This document shows, in pieces, positions 28,875-38,138 of a stretch of DNA of 64,000 bases. Position numbers and translations under genes: made by a program. Position 1 is the stretch's first letter, and each line of letters opens with the position of its first letter. A model generated the notes under the pieces. The model was not told the origin of the DNA. It was given only the letters and a program-made list of their open reading frames with translations, and did no database searches. The DNA is from Candidatus Woesearchaeota archaeon (lineage in GTDB: Archaea > Nanobdellota > Nanobdellia > Woesearchaeales > UBA12501): contig JAUSFM010000014.1 in the NCBI GenBank assembly GCA_030651375.1, positions 89,630 to 153,629 on the forward strand. Reading direction: 5' to 3'.

Positions 28875-30168
28875 TCACATCGGCGTGGCCATGCTTATCC
28901 GCATGCCTAACTCTCGCGCACCTTGATATACCATTTGTTCATCCATCGGCCCAACAGTAATTCTCAGTGCTTTCATATCTCGTATCTTGTCATACTGGCG
29001 ACGATGGCCATCGGGAAGAAAAGAGCCCATGCCTGCCACAACCATCTCGCCTTTGAGTTCTTTTTCTAATTCGGTACCAGTATAACGGCAGTGTTCTGGC
29101 AGCCGCACAAGTGAGGTAATTGCACAGGGCGATGCCCGTACGACGGTTGTTTCTGGTGGCGCAAACAGATGGAGACCGTTGTCAAATGCCTCGTTTCTTC
29201 TCTTTAATTCCGCGAGCGCCGATGCGGTTGCATTATGATATGCTAACTGCAACAAGCTTCCACGAACGTATCTTCCGGTTTCGTATTCAGGAGTGGAAGT
29301 AACCGACATCTTCATCTTTTTTGCGCTGGGCGCATCAGGGGCAAGAATGTATGAAACATCTCCTAATGGCTCGTCACCATATCGTTTTGAAAATCCTTCA
29401 ACAACGTATGGCCGGGTAAAGAATCGTGCGATACTATCTCGTTGTCCGGGTTCGTCCAATCCCCGTAGTATATCATCAATCACGATATCAACACCATACC
29501 TGCACGCGGTTTCGTCTAATAGTCGTGCTGCTGGTTCAGAAATCGTGTACATCAATGGAACAGCAGGATTTACCAAAATCAAAGCGTAGATTGTTCCTTT
29601 TTTTGCTTCCCGCTCAAAATTTTCAACAAGGCTTTCTTCGTTTGGTGCTTCAAAAAAGGTAAAGGGGAGTGTATTGCATATTAATTGAAAATGCCAGTTA
29701 GGTACGGGTATGGCAACCTGTTTATTTGGCTGGCATAATTCATGAAAGACGTGGTCTAAGGCATCTCGTGTGGTGCTTGCGCAGGGGATGATACGTTCTG
29801 TTTCAACCGCCAGTGTTGTTTCTGTACGCAAGATCTCGTGTACGACCTCTTCTATCGGTACGAGTGCTCTTTTTTGGGCGGAAGTGATACGATGGTCTGC
29901 ACGGCATATGTCCTCTTCTATATTCGCCAATCGTTCAAAATCATCGGGCGGTATGTGACTCGTTACGCTATACTCCCCAAAATGTGCAGAACCAAAATTG
30001 TAGGTAGGGCGAAGATGATTATAGGTAGGACGAAGAGCTTGGCCAACTTGGAAAGATACATGTTGGTTAACCAGCCTTACTAGTTGATCTGGGGGAGGGA
30101 GTATGAATCGTACCCCCCTCTAGTTCAAACTCAATAAATTCCCCAGTGTCGTCATTCTTTGTTCCCAT
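28875..30168 (-). CDS. divergent PLP-dependent class I/II aminotransferase-like protein, apparently frameshifted near the 5' end
   Basis: VNPAVP, IDDILRG, GFSKRYG, LRITVG; main frame open up to about 30119, ATG at 30168 lies in another frame across a G6 run. Confidence 0.7.
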
Positions 30169-30276
30169 AAGCAAAACCTGATTTTAAGAAGAAAAAAGCC
30201 TTTGATTTATAAACCTTTGTGGTTAGAAGATATTGAGGAGGATATTACACGTGGGCAATTAGCCCAACAAGTCAAA

Positions 30277-30350
30277 CGCCTCTGCTGGGATTTGAACCCA
30301 GGTCCCAAGCTCCGCAAGCTCGTATACTGTCCAAGCTATACTACAGAGGC
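30277..30350 (-). tRNA. tRNA-Arg(GCG)
   Basis: GCCTCTG/CAGAGGC acceptor, CGAGC-TTGCGGA-GCTTG anticodon arm, GTTCAAATC T-loop. Confidence 0.93.
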
Positions 30351-30460
30351 ATGGCACTAAGAAGTATATGGCTTGTTTATAAGATTTATTGTTTTAGGGG
30401 CTCTTTTCTTTTGTTTTATAAATAAAAAAATTTATAAGTTATGTCATCGGGAATGACCAT

Positions 30461-30973
30461 ATGAGACAATTAAAGACTATATTTGACACTAATATCTACG
30501 GCGAACTTTTGTCAAAATCAGAGTATGTTGATTTGATTGAAAAAATAAGGTCTGATGGGGGTCTTGTTGTTTTTGGCTTTAGAGAAATAAGAAAAGAACT
30601 AAAAGATACTCCCAAAGATAAGGCCACACATGATGACTCCCAATTGCGAATTGCTTTGCTGGTGTTATACGATAAACTGGTAAAATCAGAAAGAGACTTG
30701 CTTGTCACGCCTGAAATAGAAAAGTTGGCGATTGATTACCACAAGGAATATCAAAAATTAGGAGGTATTACTTCTTTAAATATTCTAAAACGTGATTTTC
30801 TTATTGTTGCCTGTGCCTCAATTAAAAATATGGATATTGTGTATTCGGATGATAACAGCACCATGTTATCAAAATTATCAATCGAATCATATACTGCCAT
30901 CAATAGCCGTGAAAATCTCAGGTCACCTAATTTTCTTAATTTTAAAGATTTGAGAAAAAAATATAACTTTTAA
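30461..30973 (+). CDS. PIN domain protein (VapC-like)
   Basis: IFDTNIY, RKEL, DFLIVACA, YSDD; visibly AT-rich. Confidence 0.8.
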   Translation: MRQLKTIFDTNIYGELLSKSEYVDLIEKIRSDGGLVVFGFREIRKELKDTPKDKATHDDSQLRIALLVLYDKLVKSERDLLVTPEIEKLAIDYHKEYQKLGGITSLNILKRDFLIVACASIKNMDIVYSDDNSTMLSKLSIESYTAINSRENLRSPNFLNFKDLRKKYNF

Positions 30974-31119
30974 CTTGTTTGTTTTACAAACCTACGTGCT
31001 GCCTTACAAAATTGAGGGTCTTCCTGCCATTTTCTAAGCAAAGCAAGGAACTCTTTAAAACTCTTTTTCTTTAGTTCAGTATAAGAAACATCTTTCTTGC
31101 CAGTCCCTTTTTTTCCCAT
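30970..31119 (-). CDS. 49 aa basic protein convergent on the PIN gene
   Basis: AGGTGA SD before MGKKGT...; stop overlaps the PIN stop. Confidence 0.6.
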   Translation of the reverse strand: MGKKGTGKKDVSYTELKKKSFKEFLALLRKWQEDPQFCKAARRFVKQTS

Positions 31120-31264
31120 CCGCGTCACCTTTCTAAGGTTGAGTGTTTTTTTCATTTTTAAAATTACCGTTTCTTTTATTAATACATCCTTTTATTGAGG
31201 ATAATGTGTTATAGTTTAGTACCAAAAAGTAGCATTAACATATATACCTTTCGGAAAACTCAGT

Positions 31265-31903
31265 TTATGCTTTTATGGCTATGGTGCTGGGTGCTTTTCG
31301 CCCAACCGATGGCCCGTCCTTGATGACAAAGCCGGCTTTTTTCATGTTCTGCCGAACCTCAGTTGCACAGCTGTAGGTCGTAAGCATAGCTCCTTTTTTC
31401 ATTACGCCCGCCACTGCCCTGAAAAATTCTTCAGTCCACAGCTCCGGGCATTTCTTGGGTGAGAACGGGTCAAAAAAAACAACGTCGAACGAGAGAGGAA
31501 CGAGGCGCGTGATTGTTTTTCGCGCGTCGCCGAGTATGATTTTGAGGCTGATATTTTTCTCGGTTATTGAAAATCCCTTTTTTTGTACGCAGGCCTGCAC
31601 CAGCGGATAGCGTGCGAACTTTGGTGTGAGTGTTGGAATTGTCTGAAGAATTTGCTCGTCGTTTTCAAGGCCGACAATTTCCATGGTGCCTTCGGCAACA
31701 TCGAGCGCAGCGGCGGTGTTGTATCCAAGGCCAAAACACACGTCGAGTACGCGCACGTTTTTTTCCAGCTTTTCCCGGCATACCTCGGCGTATTTTTTAA
31801 CGGCTTCTTCCTCGGCGCCGGACATGGAGTGGTAGGCCTCGCCGTACTGTGTGTTATAAAAGGTCACCGAGCCGTCCCCGGTAACTATTTTGTTCAGCTC
31901 CAT
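31265..31903 (-). CDS. MnmC-type (MnmD domain) tRNA methyltransferase
   Basis: TGDGSVT...YHS..GA..EA, LDVCFGLGYN, FDPFSP.KCPELW, TYS motifs. Confidence 0.85.
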   Translation of the reverse strand: MELNKIVTGDGSVTFYNTQYGEAYHSMSGAEEEAVKKYAEVCREKLEKNVRVLDVCFGLGYNTAAALDVAEGTMEIVGLENDEQILQTIPTLTPKFARYPLVQACVQKKGFSITEKNISLKIILGDARKTITRLVPLSFDVVFFDPFSPKKCPELWTEEFFRAVAGVMKKGAMLTTYSCATEVRQNMKKAGFVIKDGPSVGRKAPSTIAIKA

Positions 31904-31954
31904 TATGTTTTGGAACACGAGAAACTATATAAAATGTGATGGTTTTGGCAGTGC

Positions 31955-33076
31955 ATGGCAAAAAAGAATGATTTTGTTATTCTTCCCACCGGTCCTAATG
32001 GATATATGGCTGAAGGTGTTGCATTATGTCTTGGAAAACAAGCATTACCTATTCAGAGTGCTGCGTTTAGCGATGGCCACATGATTCGCCGTATTGTTGA
32101 TACCGTGCGAAGAAAGCCAGTGTATCTTGTGCAGACATACATCGCTGGCCAACCTTATCAAATGCTTACCGAAGTCGGCCAGATGCTCAACGCTGCATTC
32201 CATGCCAGTGCTGCCCGAAGAACGGTGGTTATGCCAAAAGCAGTAGGTGACCGACAAGATCGAATTAACCAAGCAGGAGAGCCCATCGAAGTCCAGGAAG
32301 TTGCTGAAGAGCTTGAATCAAAAGGTATGGACAGCTTAATCGTGGTGCGGCCGCATTTTGCGCAATATTCATCAGTTGTTCGCCGGCCGACGCTGATGCT
32401 TTCCGGCTTGCCCTTGTTTGCGTACCATCTTCGTCAGCAAGTTGAAAATTATGATGAACTTTGTTTTGTTGCTGCAGATGGCGGCGCAGAAAAAGAAACC
32501 CGTCTCTTCATGGAGATTATGGGCTCAACACATTACGCAACCGTGATCCAAGGCCGCAAAGTTACTGATAAAACCGCTGATTCAAAAATACTGGCAGGTG
32601 TTTCAGGCGTTGAGCATATTCAAGGAAGGCATTGCGTGTTTATTGAAGATATCGTCGAAAGCGGCACGACCGCATCAAATGCTGCACAAGCGGTTATGGA
32701 TGCTGGAGCAAAAAGTGCAGTACTCTATGCGCCCCATCTTGGCTTGAGTGGCAAGGCACCAGAGTATCTCAATGGTTCACCTCTTTCTGCGGTTATTGGT
32801 CTCGACACGGTGTACCACCCGCCAGAATTTCTCGCACAGTTTGAAAAGGTTAAAATCATCAGCTGTGTTCCCATGCTTGCCGACGTCATCAAGCGCGACC
32901 GCTTCGGTGAATCAACGCGGCTGTTTGCCTGCCTTGACCGTGTGACACTCGCTACAGAGCCGGAGAAGATGTTCGAACTTGTTGAACGAGTGTATCGTGA
33001 AGCCCGAAAATTAACGTACGATAGCGGCAACCAAAATCATCGGTTGCTCCAAGACCGCGTCGCCAACCTTTTTTAA
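31955..33076 (+). CDS. prs: ribose-phosphate pyrophosphokinase (divergent)
   Basis: FSDG, RQDR..GEPI, AADGG and FIEDIVESGTT PRPP loop. Confidence 0.8.
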   Translation: MAKKNDFVILPTGPNGYMAEGVALCLGKQALPIQSAAFSDGHMIRRIVDTVRRKPVYLVQTYIAGQPYQMLTEVGQMLNAAFHASAARRTVVMPKAVGDRQDRINQAGEPIEVQEVAEELESKGMDSLIVVRPHFAQYSSVVRRPTLMLSGLPLFAYHLRQQVENYDELCFVAADGGAEKETRLFMEIMGSTHYATVIQGRKVTDKTADSKILAGVSGVEHIQGRHCVFIEDIVESGTTASNAAQAVMDAGAKSAVLYAPHLGLSGKAPEYLNGSPLSAVIGLDTVYHPPEFLAQFEKVKIISCVPMLADVIKRDRFGESTRLFACLDRVTLATEPEKMFELVERVYREARKLTYDSGNQNHRLLQDRVANLF

Positions 33077-34656
33077 TAATCCGCCAAATTTATCTGCCCT
33101 TTTCTCTTATTTTCCCTCACAACAACTTTTTCCCCATCCTGCCCGACTTGTTTTTTGATGGCAGCGGCGATGGATTTTCCAATCAGCTGGGACAGCACCA
33201 GAACATCTGCCTTTTTCACATCCTCGATCGCGCAGATTTTGTTGTTGAACAGCTTGCGCGCGCGCACCCGCCCAATACCGGCGAGTTTTAGCAATGGCAG
33301 CAGCTCTTCCTTGACGCCGTACTTGAGGCGAACGCGCGCCTTTTGTATTTTTTTCAGCTCATCAAAGTTTTTGTTCATGCGTGCCAGCTCGCTGGCGGCA
33401 TACAAAAGCCAATCGGCGCGATCCAGCTTGACGCGTATCTCGCCGGGCCGGACGTCAAACGTCTCGAGCAGGAACTCTTCATCTTTTTCATTCATCCACT
33501 CGTCAAAAAAGAGTGCAGTCTTAAACGAATTGAGAAAATCATCATACTCCGGGTCGTACAGCGACGGCTCAAGATGGATAAGGAGCCCTTCATACTCGCA
33601 CAGCTTTTGCTGCATTGATTCGTATTCTTTTTTGCGCACGGTCAACTGTGGGCGAAGCTCGAGCTGTGCCGCGATAAGATGAAGATAGGAAAATTCGTTT
33701 GTTGCTTTGGTACCAGAACGTTCCATGCCGATGAGCACCTGGTGCGCAGTGTACGGGTCAAGATATAACTCAGCAACGCGCTTGCCAATCGGCGTTGCGC
33801 TGATGCGCCCGCTGCGCCCTTGTTCAAGTTCAGCTGCTGACACAAAGTCGCCTCGTTCGTGTGCACGCATGCTTGCCGCGATGAATCCGTAGGTTTCCAG
33901 CACCCCGAGCACGCGGTTAATAATTTTTTCAAAATGCGCCATATCCTGATAGTGCGCCGCCCAAAAGGTTTCGCTGAAAAAAGCAAGGAGCTCTTCTTCG
34001 GTTGAGACAAATTCAGATGCAACAAGCGCAAGAACATACATGCGCAGCACCGGCTCGACCGCAAGTTTTGAATGAATTTCTTCGGGGACACCGCAAATGT
34101 ACCGCTCATAAATATGCTCAGCTTCCTTTTCACTGTCGGCAACCGCAATGGCCTCGCCGTAGGTATCGTATGCAGGACGCCCGCTTCTTCCTGCCATCTG
34201 CTCGTACTCGAGCACCGGAATCCAGTCAAGGCCACGGTGGCCGTACCGTTTCAGGTCGCGAAGTATCGTGCGAAACGAAGGAACATCAATGCCTGCGGCA
34301 AGCGTAGGGGTTGCGCAGATAATTTTGATTGCCCCGCCCCGAAAATTATCTTCCACGAGTTCGCGCTGTTTGGGCGTCAGGCCGGAGTGGTGGAATGCGA
34401 TGCCTTTTTTTGCGCAGGTTGCAAGCCGCTGGCACTGCCGAGTCGGTGTGGAGAGTACGTTGAGCAACTCATCGGAAAGCACCGTCAGCGATGCGATCTG
34501 CTCGGCGCCCAGATTTTTTATCTGTTTTGCAAGGTCTTCTGCTGTTTTTTCGGCAGAGCGTTTGGTGTTCACAAACACAAGCGCCTGCTTGTTCATGCCG
34601 AGGGTATGCAGCGCAAGATTAATCGCGCCGGAGTCGGTGGGTGACGGGATGTCCAT
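33073..34656 (-). CDS. Hel308/Ski2-like helicase, C-terminal part only
   Basis: LVFVNTKR, AFHHSGL, ATPTLAAG, QMAGRSGRP, winged helix, ratchet and HhH (GIGRVRAR); no Walker A or DExH. Confidence 0.88.
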   Translation of the reverse strand: MDIPSPTDSGAINLALHTLGMNKQALVFVNTKRSAEKTAEDLAKQIKNLGAEQIASLTVLSDELLNVLSTPTRQCQRLATCAKKGIAFHHSGLTPKQRELVEDNFRGGAIKIICATPTLAAGIDVPSFRTILRDLKRYGHRGLDWIPVLEYEQMAGRSGRPAYDTYGEAIAVADSEKEAEHIYERYICGVPEEIHSKLAVEPVLRMYVLALVASEFVSTEEELLAFFSETFWAAHYQDMAHFEKIINRVLGVLETYGFIAASMRAHERGDFVSAAELEQGRSGRISATPIGKRVAELYLDPYTAHQVLIGMERSGTKATNEFSYLHLIAAQLELRPQLTVRKKEYESMQQKLCEYEGLLIHLEPSLYDPEYDDFLNSFKTALFFDEWMNEKDEEFLLETFDVRPGEIRVKLDRADWLLYAASELARMNKNFDELKKIQKARVRLKYGVKEELLPLLKLAGIGRVRARKLFNNKICAIEDVKKADVLVLSQLIGKSIAAAIKKQVGQDGEKVVVRENKRKGQINLADY

Positions 34657-35167
34657 GGCGTGCGGAGAATGCATGAGGATTATAAACTTTTCTTTGGTGG
34701 CGCATCTTTTCAGGGAGTTCAGCCCAGAACTGCTCGCGGTGAATGTCGGATATAACATAGTAAATATTCTTTTCGCGGATGGCGAAAAGAGTGTCAAGCT
34801 CTTCAACAAAATGCTCGAGCTCGCCCATGGTTCGAAACACAACTTCGGCCATGAAATCATAGCCGTTGTTTATTTTATAGAGTGAATTGAGGCATTTCTG
34901 TTTCTCGAAATATTCTAGGATTTTGTCTTTTTCTTCTGGCGCAACTTTCATGGTGATGAACGCCCACGCATGAAACCCAAGCCGGCCAAAGTTGAGCAAC
35001 GCGGTATATTTGGTGATGAACGCGGAAAATCTGCCTGCCAGATAATCAAAAAGTGTTGATACCGGCATCTTTGATGCTCTGCCCAGTTTGGTGAGCGGCA
35101 TGCGCGCATTGACCCGTAGATGAGCGACTGCTGATTTTTCTGCTGGTGAAAGTTCCATACGTTCCAT
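34619..35167 (-). CDS. Lrp/AsnC family transcriptional regulator
   Basis: LRVNARMPLT.L....PVST HTH, YTALLNFGRLG, NGYDF; GGAGGTG SD. Confidence 0.85.
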   Translation of the reverse strand: MERMELSPAEKSAVAHLRVNARMPLTKLGRASKMPVSTLFDYLAGRFSAFITKYTALLNFGRLGFHAWAFITMKVAPEEKDKILEYFEKQKCLNSLYKINNGYDFMAEVVFRTMGELEHFVEELDTLFAIREKNIYYVISDIHREQFWAELPEKMRHQRKVYNPHAFSARHGHPVTHRLRRD

Positions 35168-35339
35168 AGATACACCTCCAAAAAATAACCGAACGCAGCA
35201 TGACAGCCTCGCTGCGCATGTGCCTGCCGTGCTGCATTCGATATAAAAGATATGTTCACCGCCGCGCATATTAAGTTGCGTTGTATTTTAGAATACAGAG
35301 AAGTATAGGGATGGACGACAGAAATAGTATCGAACTGTT

Positions 35340-35987
35340 TCAGAAAAATACTCCTGTACGATGCATTGGACGGCCAGGATGCTCAAACTGTTCCGCAAAA
35401 CAAAATTGCCAACAATCCCAGTCGATCATGGTTCGAAAATCTTTTCCCTGTATTGGGCCAATGTGTGCTGAGGGGTTAAATTCGTGTATAACCGCCGCAA
35501 CCTGTTCCCAGAAACGGGTGAGAACTTCTTCTGTTTCAAGGACATAGTCAATAGTTTTTGTTCCGGCATCAGGAAAGTTTCCGTCATAGTTGGCGACAAG
35601 CACGGGCTTATTTGTTTTGTCACCAAGAATCGTGCCTTCATATTCTCGGCAATCATCAAAAAAATGGTCTCGGCCGCGATACTCTGCTTTGACTCCTTTC
35701 AGCGCATCCCGAAACCGATCGCGCTCTGCTGCCATTTCCGGGGAAACTGAAAAATACAGATGGAGCATGGTGCGGTGGGGATACCACACCTTTTTCAGTG
35801 TACGCTCATCAAGTGTGTCGGCGACAACATAGGTAGCATGCTGCCGCAATGCAACTACATGCCCCGAACAGGTGTGGTATGTGTCCTCAACAAACGGCAA
35901 TCCCCACAATGCAGGCACAATCTCCCGAATGGGCTCTTCAAGAAGCGGCTTAAACTGTTGGTAAATCTGTATTCGATCGGCATCCAT
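35340..35987 (-). CDS. hypothetical protein
   Basis: 215 aa ORF with a TYHTCSGH motif. Confidence 0.65.
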   Translation of the reverse strand: MDADRIQIYQQFKPLLEEPIREIVPALWGLPFVEDTYHTCSGHVVALRQHATYVVADTLDERTLKKVWYPHRTMLHLYFSVSPEMAAERDRFRDALKGVKAEYRGRDHFFDDCREYEGTILGDKTNKPVLVANYDGNFPDAGTKTIDYVLETEEVLTRFWEQVAAVIHEFNPSAHIGPIQGKDFRTMIDWDCWQFCFAEQFEHPGRPMHRTGVFF

Positions 35988-36003
35988 TGGTTCACTGGTT
36001 TTT

Positions 36004-36084
36004 CCGTTCGCGTAGCGCCGTTTCGCCGTAGGCGAAACGGCTTCCGTCGTCCACAACAGTTTTTTGCGAAGCAAAAAAATGTTG
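36004..36084 (-). repeat. multi-hairpin palindromic element immediately 3' of tRNA-Pro
   Basis: AACATTTTTTTGC-TTC-GCAAAAAACTGTTG...CCGTTTCGCC-TAC-GGCGAAACGG on the minus strand; homologous to units at 43252-43620. Confidence 0.85.
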
Positions 36085-36085
36085 A

Positions 36086-36158
36086 TGGGGTTGGGAAGAT
36101 TTGAACTCCCGTCGCACCCACCCCAAGGGTGAATCCTACCAGGCTAGACTACAACCCC
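36086..36158 (-). tRNA. tRNA-Pro(GGG)
   Basis: GGGGTTG/CAACCCC acceptor, CACCC-TTGGGGT-GGGTG anticodon arm. Confidence 0.93.
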
Positions 36159-36233
36159 GATGAGATGGACAAAACTGGCAGGGGATATTTAAATGTTTGT
36201 GGATAACCAGCTTTGGCGTAAAAGGGCGAGAAT

Positions 36234-38096
36234 TTAGTTAGATAGGTGGAGATTATGAGAGCAGTGAAAAGTTCTCGGTAGATGGTTTTGAATTGTTTTC
36301 TGGCACCATATCAAGTCGGTCAAGATAGAAAACTGCTTGCCGATCGTCAACATATATCCACGAATTGTGTATTTTTTTATGAGCTGTTTTATCTTCCTCT
36401 CAGTATCTGCTGTTTTATTTGCTTCACAATACACCTTTTTTGTATCGACTCCAGTTTTTTGGACGAGTAGATTTCCACACATATTGGTAAAATCAGTTCG
36501 GTGAAGGACAACAAATCGCACGGTCTTTCTGAATTTCTCAAAGTCCCAATCAAGAATGTCATCTGTTTCGTGAAGGGTAGTGTTATCAACGCGCGAAACA
36601 AGGCCGCCTATGATTTTATGTTCGTGATGCATCTGTGCGTACATATTTCGTGCGCTCACTCCGTTGGTGTTCTGAAGTCCAACAGCGAGCGGCAAGTCAA
36701 GAACGGCACCGCCTTTTATCTCAAAAAGGGCATCCTCATAATAACTTAGTTCTTCATCAGCTTGCGGCGTGGCGTGAGACATAGGTATTGGTATTGCGGT
36801 AAGGTCAATGAAGATTATCCCGACGAGAAGAACCGCTACAAGAATGTTTCCGTTTCCCTTTAAAAACCGCAAACCTTTGCTTTTTTCGAGCACCATTTTT
36901 ATTCCGTACCCTGCAAGTACGATGGTTCCAAGGGATACCATAAATGTGAATCGGGTGAATCGAAGACTATCCATGAACGGCAGCTGCCTGAGGAGATTGG
37001 CAGGCATCGCGATATCTTGAAGAAACTCGTTTCCATAAAACCGAATTCCTTTTTCTCCAATACTCAACACAAAAAAAATAATCGCAAAGAGTATCCAGAA
37101 CCATTTTTTATTGTCTTTGGAAAACAACATTCCCGCGGCAGCAAGAATGAGTACGGATATGCCAAGGTATTCATATCCTCCACCCCCTTTGAACACGGTG
37201 CTCGTTGCAGGTCGAAGCAAATAGTTGGCAACATCAGTTTTATCATTCTCCGTTCCTACAGCGGTGTGAATACCCTTTTTTTCGATCATACGAAACGAGT
37301 GCGGCGAGGACAACACTATGAACAGGGCACCGATGAGGACCAGCTTCCACCATACTTTTTTTAAGCTTGGTTGGTGGCTGGTTGGATTTTTTGCTGAGGT
37401 TGTTTGGTTCTTTCTTTTTTCGACAAGGTAGTCTGCAAAAAAATATGCCAAAAATAGTCCAGTAAACAGAATCATAAACAAGGCATATACGGGCTCTAAA
37501 TAGAATATGACACCAAGAACAAGAGCGGCTATGGCACTGTTTTTTACCGTTGGATTATCACGGGTCTTGAACAAGAACAAAATATACAAAGGGATGAATT
37601 GTATTGATGCAAAGTTAAGATGATTCAGTATGCGAAACATATGCCACGGACTGAACGCGTATAGAATACCCATGATAATCGCGGCTTGTTTATTATTGAG
37701 AAGATAATCACCGAGAAGATACATGCAATACCCCGCAAGAGGGAAGGTAAGAAGAACAAGAATGTTATACGCAGCGATGTATCCAACAACTTTGGCGAGA
37801 AGCATGCCGATGAATGAGTTTAAAATACTGAGTGTATGAAACGTGAGATCGACACCGTGGGGGTAAAAAAGATAGTCGGTGTAAAAAAAAGGCAGTCCGT
37901 CGTGCAGTGATTTTTCCATCCACCACATATTCCACATAAAAACAAGACTATCTTTTGGATCGTGACTCATCGGCTTATCAAGATTAAACACAAGTGGGTA
38001 GGTAAAAAAGATAGTCAGCAGAGAAAATACTGCAAAAAGTATAACGAACTTTTTCAGGTTGGGATGGTGAGAATCAGACGTCGATGGTTCACCCAT
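36234..38096 (-). CDS. multi-pass membrane glycosyltransferase (GT-C-like); C-terminus possibly frameshifted
   Basis: DPKD...WNMWW, GVDLTFHT, AFSPWH, many TM segments; paralog of 38836-40551. Confidence 0.75.
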   Translation of the reverse strand: MGEPSTSDSHHPNLKKFVILFAVFSLLTIFFTYPLVFNLDKPMSHDPKDSLVFMWNMWWMEKSLHDGLPFFYTDYLFYPHGVDLTFHTLSILNSFIGMLLAKVVGYIAAYNILVLLTFPLAGYCMYLLGDYLLNNKQAAIIMGILYAFSPWHMFRILNHLNFASIQFIPLYILFLFKTRDNPTVKNSAIAALVLGVIFYLEPVYALFMILFTGLFLAYFFADYLVEKRKNQTTSAKNPTSHQPSLKKVWWKLVLIGALFIVLSSPHSFRMIEKKGIHTAVGTENDKTDVANYLLRPATSTVFKGGGGYEYLGISVLILAAAGMLFSKDNKKWFWILFAIIFFVLSIGEKGIRFYGNEFLQDIAMPANLLRQLPFMDSLRFTRFTFMVSLGTIVLAGYGIKMVLEKSKGLRFLKGNGNILVAVLLVGIIFIDLTAIPIPMSHATPQADEELSYYEDALFEIKGGAVLDLPLAVGLQNTNGVSARNMYAQMHHEHKIIGGLVSRVDNTTLHETDDILDWDFEKFRKTVRFVVLHRTDFTNMCGNLLVQKTGVDTKKVYCEANKTADTERKIKQLIKKYTIRGYMLTIGKQFSILTDLIWCQKTIQNHLPRTFHCSHNLHLSN

Positions 38097-38138
38097 GCAG
38101 ATTTCGTACCCCCCTATGCACAGAACGAGGTATGCTAT

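Noticed and set aside
34619-34735. Possible third frameshift shortening the Lrp tail to ...HREQFLG-stop
   Set aside because: It would remove the overlap with the helicase promoter, but needs an insertion in a run of only two T; unsupported without reads.
34657-34860. N-terminal extension of the helicase ORF given in the track
   Set aside because: It is an alternate frame of the Lrp gene and has no helicase motifs.
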